A stretch of 64,000 bases of DNA, taken from an uncultured Planctomycetia bacterium. GTDB lineage: Bacteria > Omnitrophota > Gorgyraeia > 1-14-0-20-64-10. Each line of letters starts with the position of its first letter. The stretch's first letter is position 1. Location: contig CAYJVR010000004.1 in the NCBI GenBank assembly GCA_964373715.1, positions 25,255-89,254 on the forward strand. Reading direction: 5' to 3'. The notes under the pieces were generated by a model. The model saw only the letters and a list, made by a program, of their open reading frames with translations. It was not told where the DNA came from and made no database searches. The position numbers and the translations under genes are program-made. Positions 36,611 through 47,394 of the stretch are shown here, in pieces.

Positions 36611-36740
36611 CCTTGAGAGTGTTCTTGAACTCTTTAACGGCCTTGCCCAGCTGCTTGGCAATATCAGGCAAACGCCCGGCTCCGAAAAGAAGCAGGCAGA
36701 TGAATAAAATCAGGATGAGTTCCGGCCAACCGATATTCAT
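36588..36740 (-). CDS. tatA: twin-arginine translocase subunit TatA/E
   Basis: 50 aa: MNIGWPELILILFICLLLFGAGRLPDIAKQLGKAVKEFKNTLKDDGKSDN. Conserved FG hinge and amphipathic helix. Below the 60-aa ORF-track cutoff, so I translated it by hand. Confidence 0.75.
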   Translation of the reverse strand: MNIGWPELILILFICLLLFGAGRLPDIAKQLGKAVKEFKNTLKDDGKSDN

Positions 36741-36768
36741 AGTTTACTCCTTGAGAGTCTCCCTCACC

Positions 36769-38013
36769 CTACTGCTGAGGAGCCACGACTATCTGTCCCT
36801 CTTTTTTAGTGCCCAGGTCTGGGTTAAGTGTGTAGAGGTATTCCACAATAGCGTCAATCTCTTCCTCCGGGATCTTTCCTTTCCAGGAGGGCATCCACAG
36901 GGGAGGCGACATGCCGCCCGAATCGGCCCGGGCCGGATAGCGTCCCACCTGAATTACCGTCTTCATCTCCTCCTTGGTGAATCCGGCCGACACGTAGACC
37001 AAAGAGGGGACTTCCTCTCCGGGGAACATGTTCTTGTTCCGGACGCCTCCGCGCCCTTCCAAACCGTGGCAGGCGGTGCATCCGTACGACTTGAACGCGG
37101 CCTTCCCCTGCTCCGCTTTCGAGGCGTACACCTTCTTCTCCTCTTTGTGCGACGGGGCAGGCACCCGGTACTTAGCAGGGATCGGGTGGTGTTCGTCCTC
37201 CTTGGCCGCCGCAAAACTCAGAACCAGCGCGGTTAGCGCCCGGTTCTGCTCTTCGGTGAATTCGTAGTTGGGCATTGCCGACTCCGGAATGCCGACAGCT
37301 TTATCTTCGGGAACAATCCGCTGGGGATCCTTAAAATGGTCATAGATCCAGTTCGCCACGGTGTGGGCCCCGTGCACGTTCCGGAAATCTAATTCATCCA
37401 GCGCCTTCTTCCCCGTATCGGAAAGTTCTGGACCGATCTGGTTGCCGACGCCGTTCAGAGCGTGACAGCCAATACATCCCTTCGTATCAAAAAGGATCTT
37501 CGCCTCCGCAAGCTTCTCCGCCCCCTTGAGTTCGAAAACGTTGTCGTGGCAAACAGAGCAGTTGGAAACAACCAAATCTTTGTCGAGAAGGGGCTCCTCC
37601 CAGTGCTTGACGCGGCCGTGAGCCGCCTCTTTTGTGGTGGCCATTCCCTGCCCCTCATGGCAGACAGTACAGCCGATCTCCCTGAACGGGTGGGCTGCGA
37701 GGAAACCGGGAATACCCAAGTCCGGATGGCTCCTGAACGGCTGGGGCTGATCCGCCAACTTGGGATTATCAATCCCCGCATGGCAGGTGATGCACCGGTC
37801 GGTCTTATGGAATTGGGGCAGATAGATTTGCTCAACCTTGAGCGGCATCTTCGCGCGGGTCGGGTCGCCAGTCACCTGGGCAAGCCGGCGGTAATATTCC
37901 TTCTGAACGGGCATCCACTCCGGGGTCGACTCCTGCCAAATCAGGTAGCCGGCCATGAACCCCAGCGAAAAACCGGAGAGGATGAACAGCTTATTCCAGA
38001 CCGATCTCTTCAT
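36769..38013 (-). CDS. membrane-anchored pentaheme c-type cytochrome (bc-complex cytochrome c subunit)
   Basis: Five CxxCH motifs (CITCH, CTVCH, CSVCH, CIGCH, CTACH), N-terminal TM anchor, adjacent to cytochrome b. Confidence 0.8.
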   Translation of the reverse strand: MKRSVWNKLFILSGFSLGFMAGYLIWQESTPEWMPVQKEYYRRLAQVTGDPTRAKMPLKVEQIYLPQFHKTDRCITCHAGIDNPKLADQPQPFRSHPDLGIPGFLAAHPFREIGCTVCHEGQGMATTKEAAHGRVKHWEEPLLDKDLVVSNCSVCHDNVFELKGAEKLAEAKILFDTKGCIGCHALNGVGNQIGPELSDTGKKALDELDFRNVHGAHTVANWIYDHFKDPQRIVPEDKAVGIPESAMPNYEFTEEQNRALTALVLSFAAAKEDEHHPIPAKYRVPAPSHKEEKKVYASKAEQGKAAFKSYGCTACHGLEGRGGVRNKNMFPGEEVPSLVYVSAGFTKEEMKTVIQVGRYPARADSGGMSPPLWMPSWKGKIPEEEIDAIVEYLYTLNPDLGTKKEGQIVVAPQQ

Positions 38014-38018
38014 CAGGT

Positions 38019-39581
38019 TTACAGGTTCAGGTTAAAGTCCGGGAAGGAAATGATGTATTTGATATTGAAGAAGTTCCTCAGCACAATCTTCACTGGGACG
38101 AAAAACATCAGCAAAACCAGCGACATGACAACGACATACTTAATGGGGCCGAGTTTTTTGTAGAAATCTTTGAAGCAGAGTTTGGGCAGCAGCATCCCTA
38201 TGCCGCCGTAGCCCAGAACCAGCGCAAGCCCCGCCCAGTTCGGCATATTGTGCATCGCCCCAGCTTTTGAAATCCGGTGATAATCCCACGCCTGCCAAGG
38301 CATGTACATTTCCCATCCGGGGCCGCGCATGTAATAGCCGATGAAAATCAGCGCAAACCAAAAAACGATTCCAAAGGTGAACATGCTCACGGCAAACTTC
38401 CGGTTCTTGAAATTGTAGTAGCCGATGCCGGTCGGATTGATATCAATGTACGGGATCGCCATGAGACCGACCAGGATAACCGTCGGCAAAACCACGCCGG
38501 CCATCCAGGGATCGAAATAAACCAGCAGCTCCTGCAGTCCCACGAAATACCAGGGGGCCTTGGAGGGATTCGGCGTCTTGTTCGGGTTGGCCAATCCCTC
38601 CAGCGGGGCATGGGCCAGGATCGACCACAGCGTTAAAACGGCCGTCAGCACGAGCGCGCCGACAAACTCCTTCGAAACCAGCGCCGGCCAGGTGAAGACC
38701 TTTTTTTGGAGTTCCTCCGGGTGGGCCTTCAGCCATGCTTCGGGGAGAACGCCCTTCTTTTTTTCCTCTTTTGGAGGCAAAGGAATAGCGGAGAATTCAT
38801 CCTTGCGAACGCGCCAAAGGTGGACCGACACGAAGACGAGAAAGATCAAAGGGAGAAAAACGCAATGGAGCACGTAGAACCGGAGCAGCCCCGACTGCCC
38901 GACAATCTTGGATCCCAGCAGGATAAAGCGGGCGTCCATATCGGGCCCCACGATTGCAAAGGGGCCTTCGGAACCCAGCAACGGAGTGGCCGCGGCCATG
39001 TTGGTTCCCACAGTCACGGCCCAAATCGCCAGTTGATCCCACGGAAGCAGGTAGCCGGTGAATGAAAGGAGGAAGGTGATGAGCAGCAGGATGACACCCA
39101 CCACCCAGTTGTATTCGCGCGGAGGCTTGTAGGCCGAGCGGTAAAAGACCGACGCCATGTGAAGCATCACAAACAGAACCATGACGTGGGCCGACCACCG
39201 GTGGATGTTCCTCAAGAACGGGCCGAACGGCACCGCATAGCGCAGATCCTTCATATCCCAGTAGGCGTGTTCGATCGTCGGCCGGTAATAGAACATGAGG
39301 AAGACACCGGTGACAGTCAGCAGGATGAACAGATAAAAGCTTAACCCCCCCAGACCCCAGGTATAGCGGAACTTCAAGGCGGCCGGCCGCGTCTTCACCG
39401 GATGCAGGTGAAGAAAAACATTGGAAAGAACCATCAGCGCCCGGTTCCGCGGCGTGTCCTGATATCCGTGACGGAAGATGGACTTCCATATCTTGGATTG
39501 CCGGACGGTCCGGGCAATCGTGTTAAACAAGGGTTCCTTCTTCTCAGGTGATGCTGGGGATTCTGTCTTTTCGTCGGCCAT
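38019..39581 (-). CDS. cytochrome b (fused N- and C-terminal domains) of a cytochrome bc complex
   Basis: 520 aa. Cytochrome b/b6 motifs (heme-ligand His pairs within TM helices, PEW-like region [10 protein letters not shown]). Confidence 0.85.
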   Translation of the reverse strand: MADEKTESPASPEKKEPLFNTIARTVRQSKIWKSIFRHGYQDTPRNRALMVLSNVFLHLHPVKTRPAALKFRYTWGLGGLSFYLFILLTVTGVFLMFYYRPTIEHAYWDMKDLRYAVPFGPFLRNIHRWSAHVMVLFVMLHMASVFYRSAYKPPREYNWVVGVILLLITFLLSFTGYLLPWDQLAIWAVTVGTNMAAATPLLGSEGPFAIVGPDMDARFILLGSKIVGQSGLLRFYVLHCVFLPLIFLVFVSVHLWRVRKDEFSAIPLPPKEEKKKGVLPEAWLKAHPEELQKKVFTWPALVSKEFVGALVLTAVLTLWSILAHAPLEGLANPNKTPNPSKAPWYFVGLQELLVYFDPWMAGVVLPTVILVGLMAIPYIDINPTGIGYYNFKNRKFAVSMFTFGIVFWFALIFIGYYMRGPGWEMYMPWQAWDYHRISKAGAMHNMPNWAGLALVLGYGGIGMLLPKLCFKDFYKKLGPIKYVVVMSLVLLMFFVPVKIVLRNFFNIKYIISFPDFNLNL

Positions 39582-39596
39582 TGTGTGTGTGTCGCC

Positions 39597-40238
39597 TTAC
39601 ACGTTCACTTTGAGATAAAAATCCGGTTTCTTCCAGTCCTTAGGGTTCTTAAGCCGCGTGCCGGTGTCCACCAAGATCTGCCCGTCGTCGGCCAAGACCA
39701 CCTTGCACCGCTCCAACGGCCGGGGGGCCGGCCCTTCGAAGTTGATGCCGGTCCTCCGGAAACCTGACCCATGGCATGGACACTTGAACTTTCTCTGTCC
39801 CTCGAGCCAATTCGGCGTGCACCCCAAGTGAGTGCATCGCGCGAAGATGACGTAGATCGCGGCTCCCTCCGCTACACTGTCCCGGCAGACCCATATCCGG
39901 TATTTCTTCTTCAACCGCTCGGTCACCTCTCCCGGAAGGTATTCGTCCGGCTTTCCGATTTTAAAGGTGGACGGCGGATCATAGGTAATCTGCGGGATGA
40001 AGAACCTCAAAATGGCCAGAACTGAGGCACCGAGTCCGGCCAGCACAGCACCCCAGGCCGCCAGAGAAAGAAATTCCCGTCGGGTGAACCAGAGGTTCGG
40101 GACTTTGGTCTCATCCACCTCAATCTGGTGAATGGATTTCGCCGGCCCCTTAGGAACAGCGGGGGCGAGGGGTTTCGCGGCGGCCATCGGAGGCGTCTGC
40201 GCCGGCGTTGCCGGCTGGGGTGTTCCCTCAACGCTCAT
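39597..40238 (-). CDS. Rieske [2Fe-2S] protein with twin-arginine signal
   Basis: Box I CTHLGC and box II CPCHGSGF. N-terminal TRREFLSLAAWGAVLAG is a Tat signal, consistent with nearby tatAC. Confidence 0.85.
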   Translation of the reverse strand: MSVEGTPQPATPAQTPPMAAAKPLAPAVPKGPAKSIHQIEVDETKVPNLWFTRREFLSLAAWGAVLAGLGASVLAILRFFIPQITYDPPSTFKIGKPDEYLPGEVTERLKKKYRIWVCRDSVAEGAAIYVIFARCTHLGCTPNWLEGQRKFKCPCHGSGFRRTGINFEGPAPRPLERCKVVLADDGQILVDTGTRLKNPKDWKKPDFYLKVNV

Positions 40239-41336
40239 TTATGAAGCGACCTCTTTATAAATAGGCTCATCTTCCTGAAACCGGATGTCTTGGGGCTGGT
40301 CTTTTCTGCTGAACCGGCTCAGGAAATCGGCCATCTGTTCTTCAATGATTCGGGTGCAAGCGTCCGCTTCTTTCAGACGCAACCTAAGATTCGCAGAGGC
40401 AATCCCTTCCAGGTCATCAATATCGTAAAGATAAACGTTTTCCAACTGCCCCGCACGGGGGTCTACATTGCGGGGAACGGATATATCGATGAAGAAAAGC
40501 GGCCTCTGCCGCCGGACGGCCATCACTCGGCGCACCTGCTCGGAGCTCAGCAGATACCTGTCGGAAGCGGTCGAGCAGATCACGATGTCCGCTTTCGCCA
40601 GAAACTGCTCCAAGCTGGAGAGAGGAACCGCCTGCCCTCCGACGGCGCGGGCCAACACGGCGGCTGATTCAACCGTCCTGTTGGCAATGATGATGGAGGA
40701 AACCCCCTGCTCCTTTAAGCAGGTGAGCGTCGATTCCGCCATCTGGCCCGCCCCTAAATTCAAAATTGTTTTTGTTTTGAAATCGAGGAATATCCTGCGG
40801 GCCAGCTCAACAGCGACCGAGCTGATGGAGACGGCCCCCTGGCCGATCCGGGTCTTTGAACGGGCCTCTTTGCCGATCCGAATCGCGGTCTGGAAAAAGC
40901 GGTGGAAGACGGATCCCACGGTCCCGTGCGAAACCGCCTGCGTGTAAGCATCCCGGACCTGGCCGAGAATCTCCGATTCCCCGACAACCATTGAATCCAA
41001 ACCGGCGGCCACCCGGAAGAGGTGCCGGACTGAATTCGGCTGCCGGTACGAATAGAAATTGCTCTCGAAATCTTTCAGGTTCACTCGATGGAAACGGGAG
41101 AGAAAACCGCGCAGTTCCTCTTCGATCCCATTCTCCCGCGGCAGGAGCGTGTACAGCTCAACTCTGTTGCAGGTGGACAGGATCACGCATTCGGGAATTC
41201 CCACCTCCTCCCGAATAGCGTTTAACGCGACCGGGATCCGATCTTCCTGAAACGCCAGCCTTTCGCGAAACTCCACAGGGGCTGTGCGGTGATTTAAACC
41301 GAGTACGCCGATGTCCATTTTCCCCAGTAGACCCAC
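40239..41336 (-). CDS. hemA: glutamyl-tRNA reductase
   Basis: Active-site region VILSTCNRVELY, NADP-binding GAGQMAE. The true start is probably MDIGVLGLNHRTAPVE at 41318. Confidence 0.85.
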   Translation of the reverse strand: MGLLGKMDIGVLGLNHRTAPVEFRERLAFQEDRIPVALNAIREEVGIPECVILSTCNRVELYTLLPRENGIEEELRGFLSRFHRVNLKDFESNFYSYRQPNSVRHLFRVAAGLDSMVVGESEILGQVRDAYTQAVSHGTVGSVFHRFFQTAIRIGKEARSKTRIGQGAVSISSVAVELARRIFLDFKTKTILNLGAGQMAESTLTCLKEQGVSSIIIANRTVESAAVLARAVGGQAVPLSSLEQFLAKADIVICSTASDRYLLSSEQVRRVMAVRRQRPLFFIDISVPRNVDPRAGQLENVYLYDIDDLEGIASANLRLRLKEADACTRIIEEQMADFLSRFSRKDQPQDIRFQEDEPIYKEVAS

Positions 41337-41411
41337 ATTTATAGTCCGATCAAAAAGAACTTAGATGCGACATGCGCGCAACAAAGCAGATCAGCCTTTT
41401 TCATCGGACAC

Positions 41412-41855
41412 TCAAAAGAAGACGTGTTTGCCGCCGACAAGGTAGTTCACGCCGATGAAAGTAAACATGACCAGCAAAAAACTCACGACCGACATCAGCA
41501 CCACCCGCCGGCCCTTCAATCCAACAGTGGCGCGCAGAACAAGAACGGCCGCGTAAGCCAGCCAGGTAAACCCGCTGGAAACTTCTTTCGGATCCCAGGT
41601 CCAGAAGGCCCCCCAATTCTCCCTCGCGAGGAAAACCCCCTTCAAGATGCCGAAGCTGAAAAGGCTGAACCCGATCACAACAGCCCAGAAATTCACACGA
41701 TCCAGAAGATCAAGAGGAATGGTCGGCATAGCGAGAATCCGCGCATCTTTGCGCTTAAGACGGCCCTCCTGAACAAGAAACGCGACACCGGTCAAGACCG
41801 CCAGAAAAAAAGCGGCGTAACTGGCAAAGATAACTCCGGCATGCAAACCGATCAC
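41412..41855 (-). CDS. short CcsA/HemX-like cytochrome c assembly family membrane protein (WWD motif)
   Basis: WGAFWTWDPKE tryptophan-rich heme-handling motif. 147 aa with 4 TM helices. Sits between sirC and hemA, as hemX does in hemAXCDBL-type operons. Confidence 0.6.
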   Translation of the reverse strand: MIGLHAGVIFASYAAFFLAVLTGVAFLVQEGRLKRKDARILAMPTIPLDLLDRVNFWAVVIGFSLFSFGILKGVFLARENWGAFWTWDPKEVSSGFTWLAYAAVLVLRATVGLKGRRVVLMSVVSFLLVMFTFIGVNYLVGGKHVFF

Positions 41856-41946
41856 CCCACCACCCCATCACTCTTCCCACCACGTGATGGAACCGCCTGC
41901 TTATCCGCTGAAAACATCTGCTTTCTCAGCTTTCTTTGTGGTGGGG

Positions 41947-42534
41947 TCACTTTAGCGCATTCTCCACAACCTTCATGTAGGCCTTTAAAGCCGTCTCAAA
42001 AAGCTCTTTTCGCCGCCGGAAACCCGGCACCTTACTTTTTACGGCCTCACGAACACTCACCATCTTCTTCAGTAGAGGGTCGAATTCAGGGCCGTACCGG
42101 TTTCCGATGTCCCGCCGTATCCATTTTGCCAGAGCCGGGCTCACCCCGCCGGTTGAAACGGCCAGCACCAGTTTTCCCCTGCGCACCACAGAGGGAAAAA
42201 TAAAAGAGCACAGGTCCGGCTGATCCACAACGTTGATCCAGACTCTTTTGCGCCGAGCGATCCTGGAGGCCAGCTTATTCACCTGCTGGTCGTCCGTGGC
42301 GGCGACTGCCAACTGGGCTCCCCGCATATCGGACGCTTTAAAGCGCTTTTTGTGCCACCGGATTTTCCCCTGCCGGGCCAGCCGCATGAGCTCGCCGACA
42401 GCTTCAGGACTTACTACCCGGACTTGAGCCCCGCATGAAAGCAGTGCTTTTACCTTGCGGCAGGCAATCTCCCCGCCCCCGATTACCAAGCAAGGACGGC
42501 CTTTTAACTCCAGAAAGATCGGGTAATACCGCAC
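41947..42534 (-). CDS. sirC: siroheme synthase N-terminal domain protein (precorrin-2 dehydrogenase / sirohydrochlorin ferrochelatase)
   Basis: MRYYPIFLELKGRPCLVIGGGEIACRKVKALLSCGAQVRVVSPE Rossmann motif typical of CysG-N/Met8/SirC. 195 aa. Confidence 0.75.
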   Translation of the reverse strand: MRYYPIFLELKGRPCLVIGGGEIACRKVKALLSCGAQVRVVSPEAVGELMRLARQGKIRWHKKRFKASDMRGAQLAVAATDDQQVNKLASRIARRKRVWINVVDQPDLCSFIFPSVVRRGKLVLAVSTGGVSPALAKWIRRDIGNRYGPEFDPLLKKMVSVREAVKSKVPGFRRRKELFETALKAYMKVVENALK

Positions 42535-42590
42535 AATACGATTGCCTATAAGAGGCCTATTATCCAGGATTTAAAGCGCAAAGACAAGTA

Positions 42591-43619
42591 TCAGTAAATC
42601 TGCAAAAGATAGTCGGTAAGCCCGAGCAGACTCTGCTTATGCGGGCTTGAAGGAAAAGGAGCGACCGAACTTCTTGCTTTAGCCAAATATTGGTTTGCCA
42701 CCCGGTTGCAGTAGGCCTGAACACCGTGGTCCACGGCCTGTTCCTTCAGAAACTGCATCTGCTCTTGAGCCTGGGCGGTGGACCGGTAACCGTTTCCGTT
42801 GAACCATTGGGTCAATTTCCGGCGAAGTTTCGGCTTGGCGACATCCCTGAGATAAAGCAGCGGCAGCGTCAGCTGGCCCAGAGCCAGATCGGTCCCGAGC
42901 GATTTGCCCATCACCTCCTGATCGCCGATCAGGTCCTGGGTATCGTCCAAGATTTGAAAGGCAATCCCGAAACTCAGGCCAAAGTTTCCTAAACGCTTCG
43001 CTTCAGTCGGGGTCGCTCCGGTGAGGAGCGCGCCTGATTCGGCGGCCGCCCCCATCAGCGAGGCGGTCTTCCACTCGATGATCTTCAGGTAGGACGCTCT
43101 GGAAAGAGAGTAATCGTACTGGTGGTGGATCTGGGCAACCTCCCCTTCGCAGACGGTGCGGGCGGTGTCGGACATCAATTGGAGAACCTTCTGGTTATTC
43201 AGCTCGCTCAAGAGGCAGAAAGCCTTCGAATAAAGGTAATCCCCCGATAAAACGGAGAGGGTATCGCCCCACTTGGCATTGAGCGTGGAGAGCCCCCGGC
43301 GTAAAGTCGCGCCGTCAATCACGTCATCATGGAGTAGCGTGGCGGTGTGGATCATCTCCACCGAGCTGGCCAGTTTGACGGCCTGGGAAACGTAGGAGGA
43401 GGAACCGTTCTTTTTTCTGCGGCCGTGAGCCGCCGTATTCGCCCCCAAAAGCGCGAGGGCCGGGCGGAGTCGTTTTCCAGGCATTAAGGAAACATGGCGG
43501 GTCAAATCCGCCATCAAGCTATCGCGGAAACGTTCCTTGGAAGAGAGTTCCTTGACGAGAAGGGATTCAACTGCTTGCAGTTGCGACAGGATCGGCCGAT
43601 AGATCTCGTGAAGAGACAC
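42591..43619 (-). CDS. polyprenyl diphosphate synthase (hepta/octaprenyl type)
   Basis: First DDxxD (LLHDDVIDG) and second DDxxD (FQILDDTQD) aspartate-rich motifs. 342 aa. Confidence 0.8.
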   Translation of the reverse strand: MSLHEIYRPILSQLQAVESLLVKELSSKERFRDSLMADLTRHVSLMPGKRLRPALALLGANTAAHGRRKKNGSSSYVSQAVKLASSVEMIHTATLLHDDVIDGATLRRGLSTLNAKWGDTLSVLSGDYLYSKAFCLLSELNNQKVLQLMSDTARTVCEGEVAQIHHQYDYSLSRASYLKIIEWKTASLMGAAAESGALLTGATPTEAKRLGNFGLSFGIAFQILDDTQDLIGDQEVMGKSLGTDLALGQLTLPLLYLRDVAKPKLRRKLTQWFNGNGYRSTAQAQEQMQFLKEQAVDHGVQAYCNRVANQYLAKARSSVAPFPSSPHKQSLLGLTDYLLQIY

Positions 43620-43631
43620 CCCACCACCTAC

Positions 43632-44789
43632 CTATCCGCCACAGGCGGACGCTGATTCCGCAGTCACTTTAACATCGAAACCCAACCTTTCAAACTGATG
43701 AGAGGTGGTGGGGACATCAAACACCTGTAAGAGTTCGTATTTGGTATTCCGCTGGACAGGCACTCGGCCCGCGTCCCGGATGAGGCGGAGGGCCTCTTCT
43801 TTATCCACCCGGTAAACGACCCCGGTGGCCCCGACAACCACTTCGTCCACCAGTATCCCGCCGAAATCGTTGGCGCCGAAACCCAACGCCAGCTGGCACA
43901 TCTTCGGGCCTTCGGTGACCCACCCTGCTTGAATACTCAGGATGTTGTCCAGCACGAGACGGGAGATCGCGATAATCCGAAGATATTCCGCCCCGCCGGA
44001 TGGGGGGGTATTCAAAACGGTATGCCCCCGCTGGAAAGACCAGGGGATGAAGGCGCGGAACCCGGCGGTCTCATCCTGCAGTTCGCGCAGACGGATGAGA
44101 TGCTCAATCCTCTCCGCTTTCGTCTCCACCATACCGTAGGTCATCGTGCAGGTGGTCTTTAACCCGGCCTGGTGAGCTACCCTGTGGATCTCGAACCAGC
44201 CGGCCGCCGAAAGTTTTTTCGGGGAAACAGCCTGTCTCACCCGCTCGACCAGGATTTCCGCCCCGCCGCCAGGCATTGAATCTAGCCCGGCCGTTTTAAG
44301 GGCTTCGAAAACCTCCCGGTAGCTTTTTCCGGAGGCTTTCGCTATCGTGTCGATCTCGGGGGCTGAAAAGGAATGGATGTCCACGTGGGGATATTTTGCC
44401 CGGACCGCCCGAACCATCTGCTCGTAGAAAGAAAGCGGGATCGACGGATCCAGCCCGCCCTGGAGCAAAACCTGGGTCCCGCCGATCGAGACAAGCTCGC
44501 CGACCCGCCGAAGGATCTCGTCGATCGGTAGAATGTACGATTCCGGATGGCCGGGTTTCCGGTAAAACGCGCAGAAAGAGCAGTCGGCCACGCAGGCATT
44601 TGTGTAGTTGATATTCCGGTCCACTACAAAGGTGCCTAGGTTGGCCGGATGAAGCTGTCGGCGGACATCGTCCGCGGCCCGTCCCAGAGAGGGCAAATCG
44701 GCCTCTTCGTAGAGGAACAGCGCCTCCTCCTGGCTGAGCCGGTTACCCGACAACACCCCTTCGAGAAGCTCCTTCACACGGCTCTTCAT
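43632..44789 (-). CDS. MqnC/MqnE-family radical SAM enzyme (futalosine pathway)
   Basis: CxxxCxxC motif (ACVADCSFCAFYR), 385 aa, adjacent to mqnA. I cannot distinguish MqnC from MqnE by eye. Confidence 0.7.
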   Translation of the reverse strand: MKSRVKELLEGVLSGNRLSQEEALFLYEEADLPSLGRAADDVRRQLHPANLGTFVVDRNINYTNACVADCSFCAFYRKPGHPESYILPIDEILRRVGELVSIGGTQVLLQGGLDPSIPLSFYEQMVRAVRAKYPHVDIHSFSAPEIDTIAKASGKSYREVFEALKTAGLDSMPGGGAEILVERVRQAVSPKKLSAAGWFEIHRVAHQAGLKTTCTMTYGMVETKAERIEHLIRLRELQDETAGFRAFIPWSFQRGHTVLNTPPSGGAEYLRIIAISRLVLDNILSIQAGWVTEGPKMCQLALGFGANDFGGILVDEVVVGATGVVYRVDKEEALRLIRDAGRVPVQRNTKYELLQVFDVPTTSHQFERLGFDVKVTAESASACGG

Positions 44790-45763
44790 GAAACGGCTAC
44801 TTGCCCTTCAACAAGCGCGTTGATCGTTTCCTGGCGCAGACGCTTCGCGGTCCCCTTGGGAAGCTCTCCTATCGCCTCTGCCTCTTTCGCGAACCGGACC
44901 AGACCTTCCCAGGCGGTCCTATCCATTCCGTAGGAAATTGCCTGAAGATACCTCCTCAGAAAATTTGCTTCAAACGGAAAGATCTTCCGCATGCCGGCGA
45001 TCAGCTCATTCTGATGCTCTTTGCCCCAGGAACAGGACAATTCCAGGGCCATCCGCAAATCTTCGACGGAGGAGGGCCTCTCCTCCGCCATCTGGCGCCG
45101 GATCACCCAGAGCGCGTAGACCATCGGCTGGTCCGTCCACTCGTTCCAGGCTTCCCCAAGGTCCCACCACTGCAGGCCGCTGTCGGACTGGCTCGCTTCA
45201 AGTGCCTCATCCCCAATCAGCAGCGCGGCCGGGTATTCTTCAAGGATCTCTGGATACCTCAGGTCGGTTACTTCAAAACCAATCTTCAGCTGTTTCCGCG
45301 CCGCCAAAATTTTCAGGAGAACAGGTGTGGTCGCCCCCTGGTTGCTGACACCGATGGTGCGCCCCTTAAGCGTCGTCAGCGGCTGCCGGCTGACCACCAA
45401 AACACTATGTACATCGCTATCGGAACGAATGCACAGACCGGGTACCGGGACAAGTTCCTCCTGGTGGCACAGGTACATCATCACGGAGACGGCGCTGGCA
45501 TCCAGCTCGCCGATCAGCAGGCGGCGGTTCAAGTCGGCCGGCGTGCTGGAGATCAGCTGTACCGGAGCAGGAATAATCCCCTTGCGCAAAGCGTAGGTGA
45601 CCGGCCAGGAATTGAGGAACTGGATATCTCCTAGCCGGATGTCCTCCTGCCCTGACTTCTTTGTTCTATGTCCGTTTCTGTAAACCGGTTTGATCGGCAC
45701 GTTCTCTCTGTCCTTAGTTGAGGCTCGGCAGACGCCGTTCGCCGTTGGTGTAAAGGCTGTCAA
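44786..45763 (-). CDS. mqnA: MqnA/MqnD-family protein (chorismate dehydratase-like)
   Basis: IRLGDIQFLNSWPVTYAL N-terminal motif (compare RLGxISYLN) and periplasmic-binding-protein-like fold length. The start may be later than annotated, since the first about 17 codons overlap the upstream gene. Confidence 0.65.
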   Translation of the reverse strand: MTAFTPTANGVCRASTKDRENVPIKPVYRNGHRTKKSGQEDIRLGDIQFLNSWPVTYALRKGIIPAPVQLISSTPADLNRRLLIGELDASAVSVMMYLCHQEELVPVPGLCIRSDSDVHSVLVVSRQPLTTLKGRTIGVSNQGATTPVLLKILAARKQLKIGFEVTDLRYPEILEEYPAALLIGDEALEASQSDSGLQWWDLGEAWNEWTDQPMVYALWVIRRQMAEERPSSVEDLRMALELSCSWGKEHQNELIAGMRKIFPFEANFLRRYLQAISYGMDRTAWEGLVRFAKEAEAIGELPKGTAKRLRQETINALVEGQVAVS

Positions 45764-46817
45764 TCAGCTTCGGGGTCCGCCCGGCCTCGGTAATCAAAGA
45801 GGTCAATTCATCCACGCTGGGGGCGTCGAAATGGTTCGCTCCGGCTGCCTTAACGATCCGCTCCTCCATATTGGTGGAGCCGACATCATCCACGCCGAAA
45901 TCCAGAGCCACCTGGATCATTTTGGTCCCCACATAGGTCCACAGCAGTTTGATGTGCGGCACGTTGTCGAGCATCAACCGGGAGATCGCGTAGACCTTCA
46001 GGTCCTCAAAACCGGTTGTCGGCGGAATGTCAGGGAACGCTGTTCCTTCGGCATGATAGCTCAGGGGGACGAACGCCTGGACGCCGCCGGTCTCATCCTG
46101 CAACTGCCGGATGGCCACCATATGGTCGATCCGCTCTTCGAGCGTCTCCACATGGCCGTAAAGCATCGTGGCGTTGGTCGGGATCCCGCTGCGGTGGGCC
46201 TGTTTCTGCACCTCCACCCAGCGCTCGCCGGAAATCTTTTCGGGGCAGATGATCTGGCGCACCCTCTTGGCCAGGATCTCGGCTCCCCCACCCGGCATGC
46301 AGTCCATACCGGCCGCCCTTAACCGCTCAAACACCTCGTCCACCGAAAGCCTGTAGAGCTTGGAAAAGAAATCTATCTCGACCGAGGTAAAGGCCTTGAC
46401 GGTCGCTTCCGGAACGATCTTTTTGAGCGCCCGGAACATCTCTTCGTAGTAATCGAATTTTAAGCGGGGATTCAATCCGCCCGTGATGTGGAATTCCTTC
46501 ACCCCCAGCTTGCCGGCAATCTCCGCCTTCTTGGAGATATCTTCCAACGAAAAAGTGTAGGCCTCCTTGTGGTCCAGCGGGCGGTAAAAAGCGCACAGCC
46601 CGCAGGAAAGGACGCACGCATTGGAATAATTCAGGTGGAGCGTATGGGTATAGTAGGTGGTGTCCCCATGCATCCGCTCCCGGACGATGTTGGCCAGCTC
46701 TCCGAGAGTAAACAGGTCGGCATCGAAAAGACGGACCCCCTCTTCCCGGCTCAGACGTTTTCCGGCTTGAACCTTTTCGGCGATACCGGAATAACCGGCG
46801 CTAGTCGTTAAAAACAT
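45714..46817 (-). CDS. MqnE/MqnC-family radical SAM enzyme (second paralog)
   Basis: CxxxCxxC motif (ACVLSCGLCAFYR). 367 aa, about 35% identical to 43632..44789. Confidence 0.7.
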   Translation of the reverse strand: MFLTTSAGYSGIAEKVQAGKRLSREEGVRLFDADLFTLGELANIVRERMHGDTTYYTHTLHLNYSNACVLSCGLCAFYRPLDHKEAYTFSLEDISKKAEIAGKLGVKEFHITGGLNPRLKFDYYEEMFRALKKIVPEATVKAFTSVEIDFFSKLYRLSVDEVFERLRAAGMDCMPGGGAEILAKRVRQIICPEKISGERWVEVQKQAHRSGIPTNATMLYGHVETLEERIDHMVAIRQLQDETGGVQAFVPLSYHAEGTAFPDIPPTTGFEDLKVYAISRLMLDNVPHIKLLWTYVGTKMIQVALDFGVDDVGSTNMEERIVKAAGANHFDAPSVDELTSLITEAGRTPKLIDSLYTNGERRLPSLN

Positions 46818-47394
46818 TTTCCATCACCGGAAGACCGGTCCATCTTTTACTCAAGCTATGCGGAATTTTCATCAAATCCAACACCCGGGCAACGACAAAA
46901 TCGACCAGATCATCAATTGTTTTTGGGGCGTGATAAAAGCCGGGATTCGCCGGCACCATGTGAACGCCGGCCTGCGAGAGAGTGAGCATGTTCTGCAGCG
47001 TAATCTGGGAGAGCGGGGTCTCCCGGGGCACGACAATCAAAGGCCGCCGCTCCTTCAAACTCACCTCCGCCGCCCGGTGGATCAGGTTGGAGGATATCCC
47101 GTGGGCGACCGATCCCAGAGTTCCGGTGGAACAGGGGATGATCACCATTCCGGAGGTCGGAAAAGAGCCGCTCGCCAAAGGAGAGGCCAAATCCCGGACA
47201 TCTTCCTCTCTGTAGCCGGTGGTCCCAAGATAATCCTTGAGGTCTCCGGAACCGAGCTCCACGCCCAGCACCTGGCGGCCAGCGGGGCTCACCACGACGT
47301 AAGGTTCCAGATCCTTCTCGATCAAAACCCGAAGAAGCCTGACGGCGTAAAGGGAACCGGAAGCGCCGGTTATGGCAACGATTGGATGATTCAT
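46801..47394 (-). CDS. ubiX: UbiX-family flavin prenyltransferase
   Basis: MNHPIVAITGASGSLYAVRLLRVL N-terminus. The listed longer ORF 46801..47619 is an over-extension. ATGA overlap with the ubiA-like stop. Confidence 0.8.
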   Translation of the reverse strand: MNHPIVAITGASGSLYAVRLLRVLIEKDLEPYVVVSPAGRQVLGVELGSGDLKDYLGTTGYREEDVRDLASPLASGSFPTSGMVIIPCSTGTLGSVAHGISSNLIHRAAEVSLKERRPLIVVPRETPLSQITLQNMLTLSQAGVHMVPANPGFYHAPKTIDDLVDFVVARVLDLMKIPHSLSKRWTGLPVMENVFND